NCBI GenBank assembly: GCA_018992685.1
Contig: JACVGT010000021.1
Span: 1 to 64,000, forward strand
DNA from: Theionarchaea archaeon
Lineage (GTDB): Archaea > Methanobacteriota_B > Thermococci > Methanofastidiosales > SZ-28-30
Direction: 5' to 3'
DNA length: 64,000 bases
The position numbers were made by a program, and so were the translations under genes. The notes below the pieces were generated by a model. The model saw nothing but the letters and a program-made list of their open reading frames with translations. It did no database searches and was not told the DNA's origin. Positions 30,745 to 41,504 of this stretch are shown here, piece by piece. Numbering within the stretch: position 1 is the stretch's first letter; each line of letters begins with the position of its first letter.

Positions 30745-30920
30745 ATCTGAACAGTTCAGATATGGACTATATAAAGGTTTCATCACATAATCGATTTACG
30801 GTGGATAAATAAGAAGTGATGACGTTGACTGGGGGTCTTGAGGTTTGATCAGAGACTGTCAATCTCAGTGCTGGATGAGGGTACGCATAGCCTTAAGAAG
30901 TTGGAAAATCTATCTATAAC

Positions 30921-32687
30921 ATGAAATCTGTGGAAGAAAGCGAGTATTTCGATATGGTGAAATCTTTGTGGTCTGTGCCCCGTGTCTCGAATGTTGTAGG
31001 GGCAAGAACGCGCACTGAATTCCTCTATACCGATACGAGATCAGGGGTTCCATCACTGTACGTGTGGAACAGCGGTGAATGCGTGGCAGTTTCCCGCGAC
31101 AGTAACCCTGTGACAGGGTTATATGCTCTCCACAATGTGAAACCCTGGGTTGTTTTCGCCAGAGACGAAAAGGGAAATGAAAATTTCTCTGTGTATGTGG
31201 TGGATTATGAAACCCGTGAAGTAGATAGAATTACACAAGGCGGCATCGGCCGGCTAACAGAGCTATTCTGGGTTTCAGATGACGAATGGCTGGTGATTGG
31301 ATGTAACGATCAGGAGTACTTCATCACACTGCTGCATAGGGATGGAACCCGGTGCAACCTGTATGCTACTGACGAACAGATCGTGACTGCAGATTATGAT
31401 GACAGGAGAGAACTGGTGGTGGCTTCCGTGGGGAGAGGACCAGGCAGCAGGATAGCTTTAATGAACATTAGAAAAAGGAATATCGCGTGGATTTCTGAAT
31501 CAGATATATCTGAGGACACGTTCCCAAAGGTATTTCCTGAGAAAGGATACTATGCCTATGTGACTGATGTTGAAGGCGAATCTGAGGTCGTTGTGCGGTT
31601 CGTAGATACCCACGAAATAGTCAGCCGGGTCTCTGTGTCTGGTGATATTCAATTCCTGCCAGGTAGGGGCAACCTGGAATGGTTGGATGAGACCACCTTG
31701 TTTGCGGCTCCAGGTCAAGATGCTGAGTTGTCTCCCCGGTTAGTGGACATTGAGGAGAAGGTGTGTTCTGATCCCTTGACTGGGATTTCTGTCACTAGTT
31801 CTACACGGATTGGAGAAGGTGTTGTGTTTGCAGGGAGCACCCTGTCGTGTCCTCCCGCCATCCAGTCCTTCAAGAAGGGAAGAGTTGCAACTGTAGTTCC
31901 ATCATGTGCCAACAGCTACAGCTCCTACGAATCTCACTGGTATCCTTCATTCGATGGCAAGCAGATTCAGGGGTGGCTGGTGAAAAGCAAAAAGGAGAAA
32001 GCGCCATTGGTAGTCTACTGTCATGGGGGACCTAATTTCGCAACACTGAACATATGGGACCCCGAGTTGCAGGCACTTGTCAAGGCGGGTTACCACGTGT
32101 TTGCTCCTAACTTCAGAGGTAGCACAACCTTTGGTTCTGCTTTCAAGAACCACAATACTGGGGACATTGGAGGAGGAGACATCAAAGATGTGTCATATGG
32201 TGCGAAATATGCATGTAAGGTGCTTGGAGTTGAAGGCAAGCCTGCCATTGCTGGTGGAAGTTATGGTGGATATTTAACCTTGCAGGCTCTGACCACTCAG
32301 CCTGAGGAATGGGCTGGCGGAGTGGCTCTTATCCCTTTGCTCGATCTTCTGGGAACTTACGAGATGGTCGATGCCCACTACAGAGCGTTGTTGGTCTATT
32401 TACTGGGGGGAACTCCAGAAGAGAAAAGAGATCTTTACAGAGAACGATCCCCAATTACGCATATAGAAAACCTGAAAAGTCCCGTTCTGATACTGGCTGG
32501 TGAAAATGACTCCCGCTGCCCTCTAGAACTCATCCAGAGATTCCATGAAAGGGCAACCCAGTTGCACCTGCCCGTGGAGCTAGAGATCATGAAAGAAGAA
32601 GGCCACGTGGGATTCCATCTTTCCAGTCTTATCAGAACATCGGTGTTTCAGCTTGAATTCCTCAAGACCCTGTTCTTTCATGACTGA
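30921..32687 (+). CDS. S9 prolyl oligopeptidase / acylaminoacyl peptidase
   Basis: HGGP, GGSYGG, D.RC, EGH catalytic motifs. Confidence 0.93.
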   Translation: MKSVEESEYFDMVKSLWSVPRVSNVVGARTRTEFLYTDTRSGVPSLYVWNSGECVAVSRDSNPVTGLYALHNVKPWVVFARDEKGNENFSVYVVDYETREVDRITQGGIGRLTELFWVSDDEWLVIGCNDQEYFITLLHRDGTRCNLYATDEQIVTADYDDRRELVVASVGRGPGSRIALMNIRKRNIAWISESDISEDTFPKVFPEKGYYAYVTDVEGESEVVVRFVDTHEIVSRVSVSGDIQFLPGRGNLEWLDETTLFAAPGQDAELSPRLVDIEEKVCSDPLTGISVTSSTRIGEGVVFAGSTLSCPPAIQSFKKGRVATVVPSCANSYSSYESHWYPSFDGKQIQGWLVKSKKEKAPLVVYCHGGPNFATLNIWDPELQALVKAGYHVFAPNFRGSTTFGSAFKNHNTGDIGGGDIKDVSYGAKYACKVLGVEGKPAIAGGSYGGYLTLQALTTQPEEWAGGVALIPLLDLLGTYEMVDAHYRALLVYLLGGTPEEKRDLYRERSPITHIENLKSPVLILAGENDSRCPLELIQRFHERATQLHLPVELEIMKEEGHVGFHLSSLIRTSVFQLEFLKTLFFHD

Positions 32688-32739
32688 ATGTACGTCAGTT
32701 GACGGTAGGTGGCCCCGGCACTTATAGCAGCCGGGCGTC

Positions 32740-33414
32740 TCACCTATCTCTCTGCACCGTCACTGTTAAGACCCCGATTCCCTCTATGCCTGCCTCAACA
32801 ACATCTCCATCTACCATGGGACCAATGCCTTCAGGAGTCCCCGTGGCCACAACGTCCATGGGTTCCAGGGTCATGATGTTAGAAATGTGAGAGATCAGCT
32901 CATTCACAGAGAAGAGCATGTCCCGTGTAGTGCCATGTTGCCTGTAGATACCATTTACTTTCAACCAGATATCCAGATCACGTGGATCGATTTCCTCTTT
33001 GGATACAATATTCGGTCCAATCGGGGCAAATGTGTCAAACCCTTTTGAAATTGCCCAGGAAAGTCCTTTTTTCTTTGCTTCAGCCTGTAGATCGCGTGCC
33101 GTTACGTCGATGAACACGGTATATCCCAGAATAAATCTAAGAGCTTCAGGGGCAGATACCTTTCTGCAGCGGTCCTTCATGACCACTGCCAGTTCTACCT
33201 CATGGTCCACCCGCTGGGATGCAGCAGGCAGTACCACAACACCAGTATCACCTATCAAGGAAGAAGGAGGTTTCAGGAAGAAAGTAGGAATCTCGGGCAC
33301 AGCTGATCCCATCTCCTGCGCATGAGCTCTGTAGTTCCTGCCAACAGCCACAATCTTTGTAGGAACAAGATCTACCCAGGTGTTCTCGAACTTGAGTATC
33401 AAGAACCTCACCAC
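32740..33414 (-). CDS. Fumarylacetoacetate hydrolase family protein
   Basis: KIVAVGRNY..H, HEVEL, KGFDTF, TGTPEG; start uncertain by a few codons. Confidence 0.93.
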   Translation of the reverse strand: MVRFLILKFENTWVDLVPTKIVAVGRNYRAHAQEMGSAVPEIPTFFLKPPSSLIGDTGVVVLPAASQRVDHEVELAVVMKDRCRKVSAPEALRFILGYTVFIDVTARDLQAEAKKKGLSWAISKGFDTFAPIGPNIVSKEEIDPRDLDIWLKVNGIYRQHGTTRDMLFSVNELISHISNIMTLEPMDVVATGTPEGIGPMVDGDVVEAGIEGIGVLTVTVQRDR

Positions 33415-33512
33415 ATAGATTTAGCCCTCTGATTATAAAAGTACTCTCCCTGTCATGTCCTCTACGGCTGCCCCTTACCTGAACCAGCAGCCACATGGCC
33501 TGTGGCAGGTGC

Positions 33513-34241
33513 CTACTCTTTCTCTATGACGACACAGTAGGTGCCCTGTTTCGCTTCGATGAATCGGTTAATTGCCCAGCCGGTACCTGAAACAATATCC
33601 TGCATCTCGTCTTTTGAGACTATCAAATAGTCAAACCATGGCGTGACATATTTCTTGTAGTGTACTCGTAATCTCATCTGTCCCGCCATTCTGCCTCTTT
33701 TTCTGTTAAACTCGTGGTACTCCAAGTGTTCGGGGACATCAGTCTGGTACGGGTCTCGACTTTCAGCGAGTATTCGTGCTGTGTCACTGGTCATGGTGGA
33801 AAACTTCCTTAAGTACGCCTTAGCCTGCTCATAGCCCTGCAGGAGTCCGAAATTATTCCCAAACATAATAATGGTGTTGAATACACCTAATTCCGGTCCA
33901 ATTTCAGCGATAGACCTCACCTCTGCTTCTTTCAGTCCTCGCAACTTGCAGGTCCTGATGGCCAGCGGCGAAATATCGATGGCCACCACATCATGTCCAT
34001 GTTCTTGTAAGTACAGCGAGTGTCTTCCCGCCCCACATCCAATGTCCAAGACACGTCCTTCAGCATGGGTTATAACCTTTTTCTCACGATCGCTCCAGTT
34101 CTTATATTCGGAGAAATATAGATCGGGTCCTGAAGATACGTCAAAGTAGCCGTCATCCCGTTCTGTGATCTCATATCCGCCCTGCCCATTGAAGTGGTCG
34201 AACATGGCATGTCCATATGCATCTTCAGAGTCTTTCAACAT
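33513..34241 (-). CDS. Class I SAM-dependent methyltransferase
   Basis: VLDIGCGAGRH. Confidence 0.9.
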   Translation of the reverse strand: MLKDSEDAYGHAMFDHFNGQGGYEITERDDGYFDVSSGPDLYFSEYKNWSDREKKVITHAEGRVLDIGCGAGRHSLYLQEHGHDVVAIDISPLAIRTCKLRGLKEAEVRSIAEIGPELGVFNTIIMFGNNFGLLQGYEQAKAYLRKFSTMTSDTARILAESRDPYQTDVPEHLEYHEFNRKRGRMAGQMRLRVHYKKYVTPWFDYLIVSKDEMQDIVSGTGWAINRFIEAKQGTYCVVIEKE

Positions 34242-34586
34242 GGTATCCCCCTCTGTAAATCCTTCATGTCACGTCTGGCGTTCAGCTTCCTACGAGTTGA
34301 TCTCTCTTGGAGGTTTCTCTGCTTTTCTCCTCCTGATTCAGTACCTTCCTTGCCTTTCCTGTGAGTGGCAGAAGAATCTCGGATTGCTACACTGGACAAC
34401 TCTTTCCTGTTCTGGATGAGAATTTCACACTTCAGCATACAACATCTTGTCATATCAGCTCTTAAGTGTTTTGAAGAGATCCCATCCACATTATCCTTCT
34501 CTCAGGGCGGCGAATACGCTTCCAGCAGGTGATTCACGACAAGAAGTCTACAAAATGCTTATGAATGACGGAGTGAAAAAGGGGGT

Positions 34587-35267
34587 ATGAACCTCGGCGT
34601 TCTGTTCTCTGGTGGTAAAGACTCCACTCTTGCTCTGTTCAAGGCACAGCAGACTGACACTGTGGTATGCCTCATCTCTCTGCTGTCCAGCAATGAGGAG
34701 AGCTACATGTTTCACACACCAAATATTGATATTACCCGATTGCAGGCAGAAGCTGTGGGATTGCCACTCATTCAGGAGACAACTGAGGGAGTGAAAGAAA
34801 AGGAATTGATTGACCTGGAGAGAGCCATAGAAAAGGCCAAGTCCGTGTACAATATTGAGGGCGTGGTAACGGGAGCTGTTGAATCTGTATATCAGGCCGA
34901 AAGAATACAGAAAATATGCCACGGATTGCAGGTGTGGTGTTTTAATCCCCTGTGGCTGAAGAGCCAAGAAGCCCTCCTCCGTGAAATTGTTGAGGATGGG
35001 TTTCACGCAATCATCTCTGGAATTTTTGCGTATCCTTTAAGCGAGGAGTGGCTGGGCAGGTCGCTGGACGAACCCGTCATCAACACATTGATACAACTGC
35101 AGAAAACCCACGGGATTAGTCCCTCCGGCGAGGGGGGAGAGATTGAGACCACTGTCCTGGACGCCCCTTTCTTTAAGAAGAGAATCGCAGTTACAGATTC
35201 CGAGATAGTGTGCGACAAGTATTCAGGAGTCTACATCATACAGAAGGCTGATCTGGTGAAAAAATGA
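34587..35267 (+). CDS. dph6: Diphthine--ammonia ligase family (Dph6)
   Basis: FSGGKDS, SYMFH, GEGGEIET.VLDAPFF. Confidence 0.88.
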   Translation: MNLGVLFSGGKDSTLALFKAQQTDTVVCLISLLSSNEESYMFHTPNIDITRLQAEAVGLPLIQETTEGVKEKELIDLERAIEKAKSVYNIEGVVTGAVESVYQAERIQKICHGLQVWCFNPLWLKSQEALLREIVEDGFHAIISGIFAYPLSEEWLGRSLDEPVINTLIQLQKTHGISPSGEGGEIETTVLDAPFFKKRIAVTDSEIVCDKYSGVYIIQKADLVKK

Positions 35268-35812
35268 TCTTGATCATGGATTTGAACCAGACGAGCCTGG
35301 GGTCTTGTGAATTCTGCCTCCCTTTGTACAGTATTGTCAGTGAGATAGAAGAATGTGTAATCCAGCACCACACCACAGCACAATCCTTCTCACCCTACAG
35401 CAAGATCATTCTGTCCGGCACTCCCTTGATGGACACTGAATACCTGGACCATGTTGATAACTTCCACTGGTTGGAGACCTGCAATATTCCTGTCCTGGGT
35501 ATCTGTGCCGGCATGCAGGTTATGGGGCTTGCCTTTGGTTCTGACCTGATACCCTGTCTGGAAATCGGGATGACACAGATCACTCCTCTGAAAGAGAATG
35601 CATTGGTTTCCCGCTCTTTTTCTGCCTACTCACTTCACAGGTATGGGATCTGTCCCAGCAGTGATTTCGATGTCCTGGCCAGGTCAGACCTCTGTGTCCA
35701 GGCAATAAAACACATACACCTCGACCTGTATGGGGTGCTGTTCCACCCTGAAGCGAGGAATAAAGAAGTGATCCAGACGTTTGTCCGTGAAGGGAGTACC
35801 TGTAGCAGGTAG
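35264..35812 (+). CDS. Class I glutamine amidotransferase
   Basis: ILSG, LGICAG nucleophile, FHPE. Confidence 0.88.
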   Translation: MILIMDLNQTSLGSCEFCLPLYSIVSEIEECVIQHHTTAQSFSPYSKIILSGTPLMDTEYLDHVDNFHWLETCNIPVLGICAGMQVMGLAFGSDLIPCLEIGMTQITPLKENALVSRSFSAYSLHRYGICPSSDFDVLARSDLCVQAIKHIHLDLYGVLFHPEARNKEVIQTFVREGSTCSR

Positions 35813-35908
35813 GGGAGAATTGATCTTTTCTGCACGCTACTGTCGATATAACGTGTCTCTGTGAAGCTCAAAGGAAAGATTTTTGTGCTGGTCATTCCAG
35901 ATATCTGT

Positions 35909-38473
35909 ATGTATGTCTGGCTGGGGACTATCATTCTCTTAATTGCACTTGAAATTGCGTATTTCCGAGCGGGCAGGAGAAATAAGGTAATTGATCAATT
36001 CGAAAGTGACATACGAATCCTCCTTCTGATTGTCGTCATTGTGGGCTCCTACATTCTATTCCTCAGTATTTCCCTCTATCATATCACAAGTTTCATTGGC
36101 TCTGGCGAACTGAAATATCTGGCGTGCTCTCTCTACTTTCTATCTCCTCCTCTCCTTGGAGTCCTCCTGTATCTTTTCTTACCTCAGATATATGGGAGAT
36201 CAATCGTGTCGAAGGATGTGCCCGCCCCGGATGTACCACCAACCGACACTGTCCCCACCTTGAGCAGGCTCTTGGGCCTTGAGACTATCCCTCACATCAA
36301 GAAATGCTCATCCACGAGCTCTCCCGCAATGTATGGAAGAAATGCAAGAGGTTCAGTCCTCATACTTGGCGACATGCACTTCCTCACTGAAGAAGAGCAG
36401 AAAGCAGTTATTGTCCATGAACTCTCCCACATAAACCAGGGGGATATTGGGTTCTACACCTGGCTCACCCTGCTCTTGAAAGCATTTTCCTTCTGGATGC
36501 TCCTGTACCCTGCAGCAGTTTATTTCAGATACAGAGTTCCTCCCCTTTTCGCCATTGAGACCTCAGGGTTCGTTGTGTTCATCCCTGTTTTGTTCGTGCT
36601 GCTTTTTCTCCTGAAGAATTCCCTTTTCAGAATCAGAGAATCAATAGCAGATGCGTATGCAGTTCTCCACGGGATGGGGGATCCTCTGGAAAGAGCATTG
36701 ATAAAGTATTCAACTCTGGAAACGTCGAAGAAGAGGGGCTTCAGTCTACACTTTTACAGTGGAGTCACCTCAAGCAGTGTGATGGCAGGCCACCCCCCTC
36801 TCCTCAATCGACTTCACAACATCAAAGCCCGAACTTACCTCACCGAGGCGAGCACCAATTTATCCACTGAAGCCGCCCTGTGGACAGGCATTGCTGCTGC
36901 ATTCTTCTATCACTGCATGGTTCGAAGCTTCATATATATCCATACAGGTGTTGTGGACTCTCTTCCTTCTGATACACTATCACACATGATGTGGCTTGTC
37001 CTCTTCTTGTCGATAGTCAATGTGGTGGGAGCTTCATACGCGGTTCCTGCTTCTAAGGCTTCGATGCTCTTCATGGATCTGGGACACGGGGACTTTGTTG
37101 TACCACTCCTGAGAAACATGGGGATCACCCTGGCAGCTGCTGTGGTTACCGGCTATGTTCTCTCCCTATCCACGCAGTTCACCAGCCAGATCATATCCGG
37201 AGTGGTGGGTGGATTCCTATTTTGGGTCTTGGGATTTGTAGGAGCCCGAAGAACAGATTTCAGTCATGGGGATACATATCTGGTGCTTGCTCCACTATCA
37301 CAGGCACTCATCTTCTGGTACCCGCTGAAGAAGATATATTCTCTTGCAGGGATGCAGCTGGACGCACAGTTTTACTTTTCATTGCTGGCAATACTCGTCC
37401 TGTCTTTAACAGTGGTGCTTATCCTCACCGTGAAGGGTATGCTTCTCATGGAAAGGAATGACAGAATCCTCATGCTCTTTAAGAAGACAAAGGAATTCCC
37501 TGGAACAAATGATCTCATCTTCATCATACTGGTGGTACTCACCCTGTTAGTTCCTGGAGTGGTGGCCTTCGGAACATATATGATTTCCTTTCTTGTGGAT
37601 GGATTGAATATTTTCCCCTTCAGAAATATACCCATGTACAGTATTATCGCAGTTCTTGGGATTTATGGACTCAAGAATGCAGACATACTGTTCTTCAGCA
37701 AGCTGGCTTTCCTTGTAGATATCCTGTCTGGAAAAGGCATCGATGACACTGACCGGAGGTTCATTGGCCACGTAATTGAGAAGTATCAATCACCAGACGG
37801 TGGATTTGACTATGCTGGAATTGGATTCTCCAATCAAAAAGATACTTACTACTTTGCCAGGACGGCTGAAATCTTGAACCTCCCATTGGACATCCGGAAG
37901 ATAGAGAGGTGGATAAAATCCACGGAAACGCATACGGGAGGAGTCGCACTATTTGCCGGGGGTAATCCGAGGATAGAGGGGTTGTACTACGCTCTGTTAA
38001 CATCAAACGTCCTCCATCCGGATGAATCCCTGGAAAAGGAAATGCACAAGAAATGGGTAATCTCCCATTTCAACGGCCATTGTTTCGATTTTGAGTATGA
38101 TACAGCTCCACGGTTCCTCCAGACATGCTGGGGTGCACAAGTCTTGTACTTGCTCGGTGGTACAACGGAAATTGATACGAATGGCCTGGCACAATGGATT
38201 ATTGCTCAGTTCAATAGAAATTCCACTCCTCGAGAAGCTTTTTTTGCTGCATGTACCCTCAAAAGCCTGAAGGCGTCACGAGACCCAGCGCAGCAGTGGC
38301 TCTCAGCCAATACCAGCGTTCTGCACACTCGCGTCGACAAGAACTTGGAGGATATCTACTACTACATTAAGGTGATGAGAGCAGGTGGTGAGGCTCCCCC
38401 TCCCTTGGTATTGGAGCAGGCATTGCGGGACCTTGTGAAAACAAGGAAAGAGTATTCTAATTCTGGGTCATGA
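35909..38473 (+). CDS. M48 metalloprotease - multi-TM - prenyltransferase/squalene-oxidase-repeat fusion
   Basis: HELSH, RESIAD, HPPL..RL; C-terminal QSPDGGF and TYY/LYY/TCW repeats; start 35909 or 35861. Confidence 0.8.
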   Translation: MYVWLGTIILLIALEIAYFRAGRRNKVIDQFESDIRILLLIVVIVGSYILFLSISLYHITSFIGSGELKYLACSLYFLSPPLLGVLLYLFLPQIYGRSIVSKDVPAPDVPPTDTVPTLSRLLGLETIPHIKKCSSTSSPAMYGRNARGSVLILGDMHFLTEEEQKAVIVHELSHINQGDIGFYTWLTLLLKAFSFWMLLYPAAVYFRYRVPPLFAIETSGFVVFIPVLFVLLFLLKNSLFRIRESIADAYAVLHGMGDPLERALIKYSTLETSKKRGFSLHFYSGVTSSSVMAGHPPLLNRLHNIKARTYLTEASTNLSTEAALWTGIAAAFFYHCMVRSFIYIHTGVVDSLPSDTLSHMMWLVLFLSIVNVVGASYAVPASKASMLFMDLGHGDFVVPLLRNMGITLAAAVVTGYVLSLSTQFTSQIISGVVGGFLFWVLGFVGARRTDFSHGDTYLVLAPLSQALIFWYPLKKIYSLAGMQLDAQFYFSLLAILVLSLTVVLILTVKGMLLMERNDRILMLFKKTKEFPGTNDLIFIILVVLTLLVPGVVAFGTYMISFLVDGLNIFPFRNIPMYSIIAVLGIYGLKNADILFFSKLAFLVDILSGKGIDDTDRRFIGHVIEKYQSPDGGFDYAGIGFSNQKDTYYFARTAEILNLPLDIRKIERWIKSTETHTGGVALFAGGNPRIEGLYYALLTSNVLHPDESLEKEMHKKWVISHFNGHCFDFEYDTAPRFLQTCWGAQVLYLLGGTTEIDTNGLAQWIIAQFNRNSTPREAFFAACTLKSLKASRDPAQQWLSANTSVLHTRVDKNLEDIYYYIKVMRAGGEAPPPLVLEQALRDLVKTRKEYSNSGS

Positions 38474-38568
38474 TGCAGGAGCAATCCAAGGGATCGAGAA
38501 TGAATCAGTGAAAGCCTCCAAGAAAGGCAAGGTGACAAACCTTATAAGCCGGTTAGCAAAGCTACTGC

Positions 38569-39639
38569 ATGCGGCAGAACAGAACCATCCGCCTGATTGT
38601 CCTTGTCCTTTCCATCTACTGTTTCTTGCTGAGCATTGATATCATGGGCGGAGCATTCAAGCTGCTCGGGGAAGGATTTTCCCTCAAACTCATTCAGATG
38701 ACCTCCAGTCCCTACGTTGGGCTTGTAGTGGGTATCTTATCCACGTCTGTTGTCCAGAGCTCCTCTGCCACCACTTCTGTGGTAGTATGTCTCGTGGGAG
38801 GAGGGAGTCTAACCATTTCGAACGCAATTCCCATAGTCATGGGGGCCAACGTTGGAACAACTGTTACCAATATCTTCGTTTCCTTTGGCCATGTCAGTCG
38901 GAAAGAAGAATTCAAGAGAGCCTTTGCTGGGGCGACGGTCCATGATTTTTTCAATTTATGCGCCCTACTGGTGTTGTTTCCTCTTGAAGTGAAATTTCAC
39001 TTCATTGAGAAGATGGCTTCCTTTATGGCAGAAGCGTTCAGCGACATGGGTGGACTGACTGTTGTCAGCCCGCTAAAACTGATCATTGCTCCCGCCAGTT
39101 CCAGGATTCTTCATATTCTGGGTCCCAAGATCGGCATTATTGCTGCGCTTATCCTCCTGTTTGCAGCCCTCAGGTACATTGTATCAAGCATGCGATTTTT
39201 CACCCTTGATCGATTCCAGGTGCTCCTGGACAGATTCTTATTCAAAAATGATGCTTCCAGCTTTGTCGTGGGGACTGTCACCACAGCAATTGTGCAGAGC
39301 AGTTCAGTGACCACATCCCTCATTGTCCCACTTCTGGGCTCTGGGTTGCTTACCCTGGAACAGGTCTATCCCTACACGCTGGGGGCCAATGTGGGCACCA
39401 CAGTGACCGCAATTCTCGCTTCATTGGTTACCAACCAGGTAGCTGGGGTGACGATAGCTTTCTCCCATCTCTTGTTTAATGTGTTCGGGATTACTCTGTT
39501 CTATCCTCTGAGAAGATTTCCCATCTTTTGCGCCCGATGGCTGGCTGGGTTAGCTGCAGAAAAAAAGATAGTTGCAATTCTCTTTGTGGTGATTACCTTT
39601 TATGTAATTCCTATTCTCTTGGTGTTCCTCAGTCCTTAG
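38569..39639 (+). CDS. Na/Pi cotransporter
   Basis: Duplicated QSSS.TTS and GANVGTT motifs. Confidence 0.95.
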   Translation: MRQNRTIRLIVLVLSIYCFLLSIDIMGGAFKLLGEGFSLKLIQMTSSPYVGLVVGILSTSVVQSSSATTSVVVCLVGGGSLTISNAIPIVMGANVGTTVTNIFVSFGHVSRKEEFKRAFAGATVHDFFNLCALLVLFPLEVKFHFIEKMASFMAEAFSDMGGLTVVSPLKLIIAPASSRILHILGPKIGIIAALILLFAALRYIVSSMRFFTLDRFQVLLDRFLFKNDASSFVVGTVTTAIVQSSSVTTSLIVPLLGSGLLTLEQVYPYTLGANVGTTVTAILASLVTNQVAGVTIAFSHLLFNVFGITLFYPLRRFPIFCARWLAGLAAEKKIVAILFVVITFYVIPILLVFLSP

Positions 39640-40306
39640 AGGCTGCTTTTTTCTTGTCGAACCCGATCCTATCAAATGGCTGCACCACGGTGGAGGCGAT
39701 ATTCTGCAGGTGGGCAGAAATTCTCCTGAGATACTCAGTGAGCAGTGCATAGACAATGGCTGTCTTGACGTCTACTGATTCCTCGCCATTCAATTTCCTC
39801 ACGACCTCTGTATGGAGTTGCTTCGTCTCCACGTGCATGGTCATCACGACTTGGGCCTTTTCCGCATCAGATTCTTCCAGTGCCCGGAGAGTGAGATCAA
39901 ACATGGAACTGATATTCTCGTGCATTTTTGAAAAGATGTCGAAATAGGGGGAAGGGTTCAGTGAGGTGGGATACATCAGCCCCAGCTGAGCGATGTTCTT
40001 GCAATAATCTCCGATACGCTCATAATCCACCGCAATGGCCAGCAGTACGAGAGAGGTTGAGATATCGGGAGCTGAGTTAATGGCCAGATACTGCAAGATC
40101 TCCCTGCGAACTTCCTTTACAGACGTATTTATCACTCGATCTTCTCTGCTAATGTCTTTCGCAATCTCATCTTTGTTTTCCACCAGGCATTTCACTGAAA
40201 GATCGTACATGCTCCTGGCCTGATTGTGCATTCGTTCAACTGCATTGAGGGCAGACTTGAGGATAGAACCCTTGAAAACTGCGTCGAAAAGCTCCTTGAA
40301 CATCAT
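39629..40306 (-). CDS. PhoU domain protein
   Basis: DYERIGDYCKNI and LRRISAHLQNI repeats. Confidence 0.9.
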   Translation of the reverse strand: MMFKELFDAVFKGSILKSALNAVERMHNQARSMYDLSVKCLVENKDEIAKDISREDRVINTSVKEVRREILQYLAINSAPDISTSLVLLAIAVDYERIGDYCKNIAQLGLMYPTSLNPSPYFDIFSKMHENISSMFDLTLRALEESDAEKAQVVMTMHVETKQLHTEVVRKLNGEESVDVKTAIVYALLTEYLRRISAHLQNIASTVVQPFDRIGFDKKKAASKD

Positions 40307-40766
40307 GCTAGTAACTACCCACAATAGCTTAAAAGACTTTGTGAGCCTCAGGCCTCTCTGGGATGTCCCTGGCGAAGGAAGAATTGAAGAAGAGCCTCAC
40401 TATGATGGACTTCTTTTTGTATTTTATCCGGGATGGACTTCCCTGAGAACTCTGGCCAACAAAGCACTCAAGATCTTGAGGTGGAAAGAAAAAACCAGGC
40501 AAGAGAAACGACTTAGGAAGGAATTTTCACTGAATGAAACCTTCGTAATTGAGCATTAATGTTAATAACCTGATGATGAAATGAATATATCTTGGAAAAT
40601 TTCCTAGAAAGGTGGTATTTCTGTGATCTGAAGACACGTTTGACATTTCAAGTGGTATTCGATATGCAACACTCGCCATATACCAAGTTTGTTTTCGCGT
40701 AAATACGGAATGGATATTTTCAGCAAAGTATTTATATACAGCTTTCTAAGAGAGGCAGGGAATCCA

Positions 40767-41504
40767 ATGAACACATACATCGTGTCCTTGTTGAGCAGAA
40801 ATGGAAAGAAGGCTGTCGAATCGCTCAATTCCAATCTCAATTCAAAAGATCTGTTTTCTAAGATGCCTTCCACCATGAGCTTCGACGTAAAGTTCGATGC
40901 GGATGATGGCTACATTTTTGTTCTATCGGATGAGAAAGTGCCACTTAGCTTTTTCTACCTGAAAGAAGAACGATTCTACGACTTGAATACAGTGAATATA
41001 TTAAATTTAGATAGAATGAACTTTATGCTGAGTTTCGTAAAGGGAATTGGAATTTTGAGGCGTGGTGATCCCCTCAAGTACATTTCATCAGAAATAAATC
41101 CATTAATTGGTAGCTCTCTATTCAACGATCCAAGTATTCTTGAAATAAGGCAATTCAGCGACAAGGAGATGCAGTGGCAAACCTGGAAAGGAGATTTGGT
41201 GAGCATTACTCTCGAATTGCCCGATGCCAAGGTTATCTCAGTAAGAGGAAGAGAAATAGAATCAAAAATAGAGGAATTAGAGCTTTATCCGAATAATAAC
41301 AACAAGATAGCAGAAATCAGGATCCATAATGCGGATTTCAATAGATATATCACGATAAGAAGAAACGGAAAAATGAGGATTGCGCTATGGCCAGGTGAAA
41401 TCAAAATGGAAGATCTGAACGAAAAAACGTTATTCTCTCGATTCTCGAAAAGAATGATTAATCTTTATGAATACGTGCAACAGGCTGTGGGTGAGGAGCT
41501 GTGA
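40767..41504 (+). CDS. Hypothetical protein, island gene A
   Basis: TTTATATA at 40731-40738; open 245-aa frame; GTGA overlap with next gene. Confidence 0.75.
   Translation: MNTYIVSLLSRNGKKAVESLNSNLNSKDLFSKMPSTMSFDVKFDADDGYIFVLSDEKVPLSFFYLKEERFYDLNTVNILNLDRMNFMLSFVKGIGILRRGDPLKYISSEINPLIGSSLFNDPSILEIRQFSDKEMQWQTWKGDLVSITLELPDAKVISVRGREIESKIEELELYPNNNNKIAEIRIHNADFNRYITIRRNGKMRIALWPGEIKMEDLNEKTLFSRFSKRMINLYEYVQQAVGEEL

Noticed and set aside
40428-40440. CCGGGATGGACTT as an att copy of the tRNA-Thr 3' end (CCGGGAGGGATTT)
   Set aside because: 11 of 13 match only, which is too short to exclude chance
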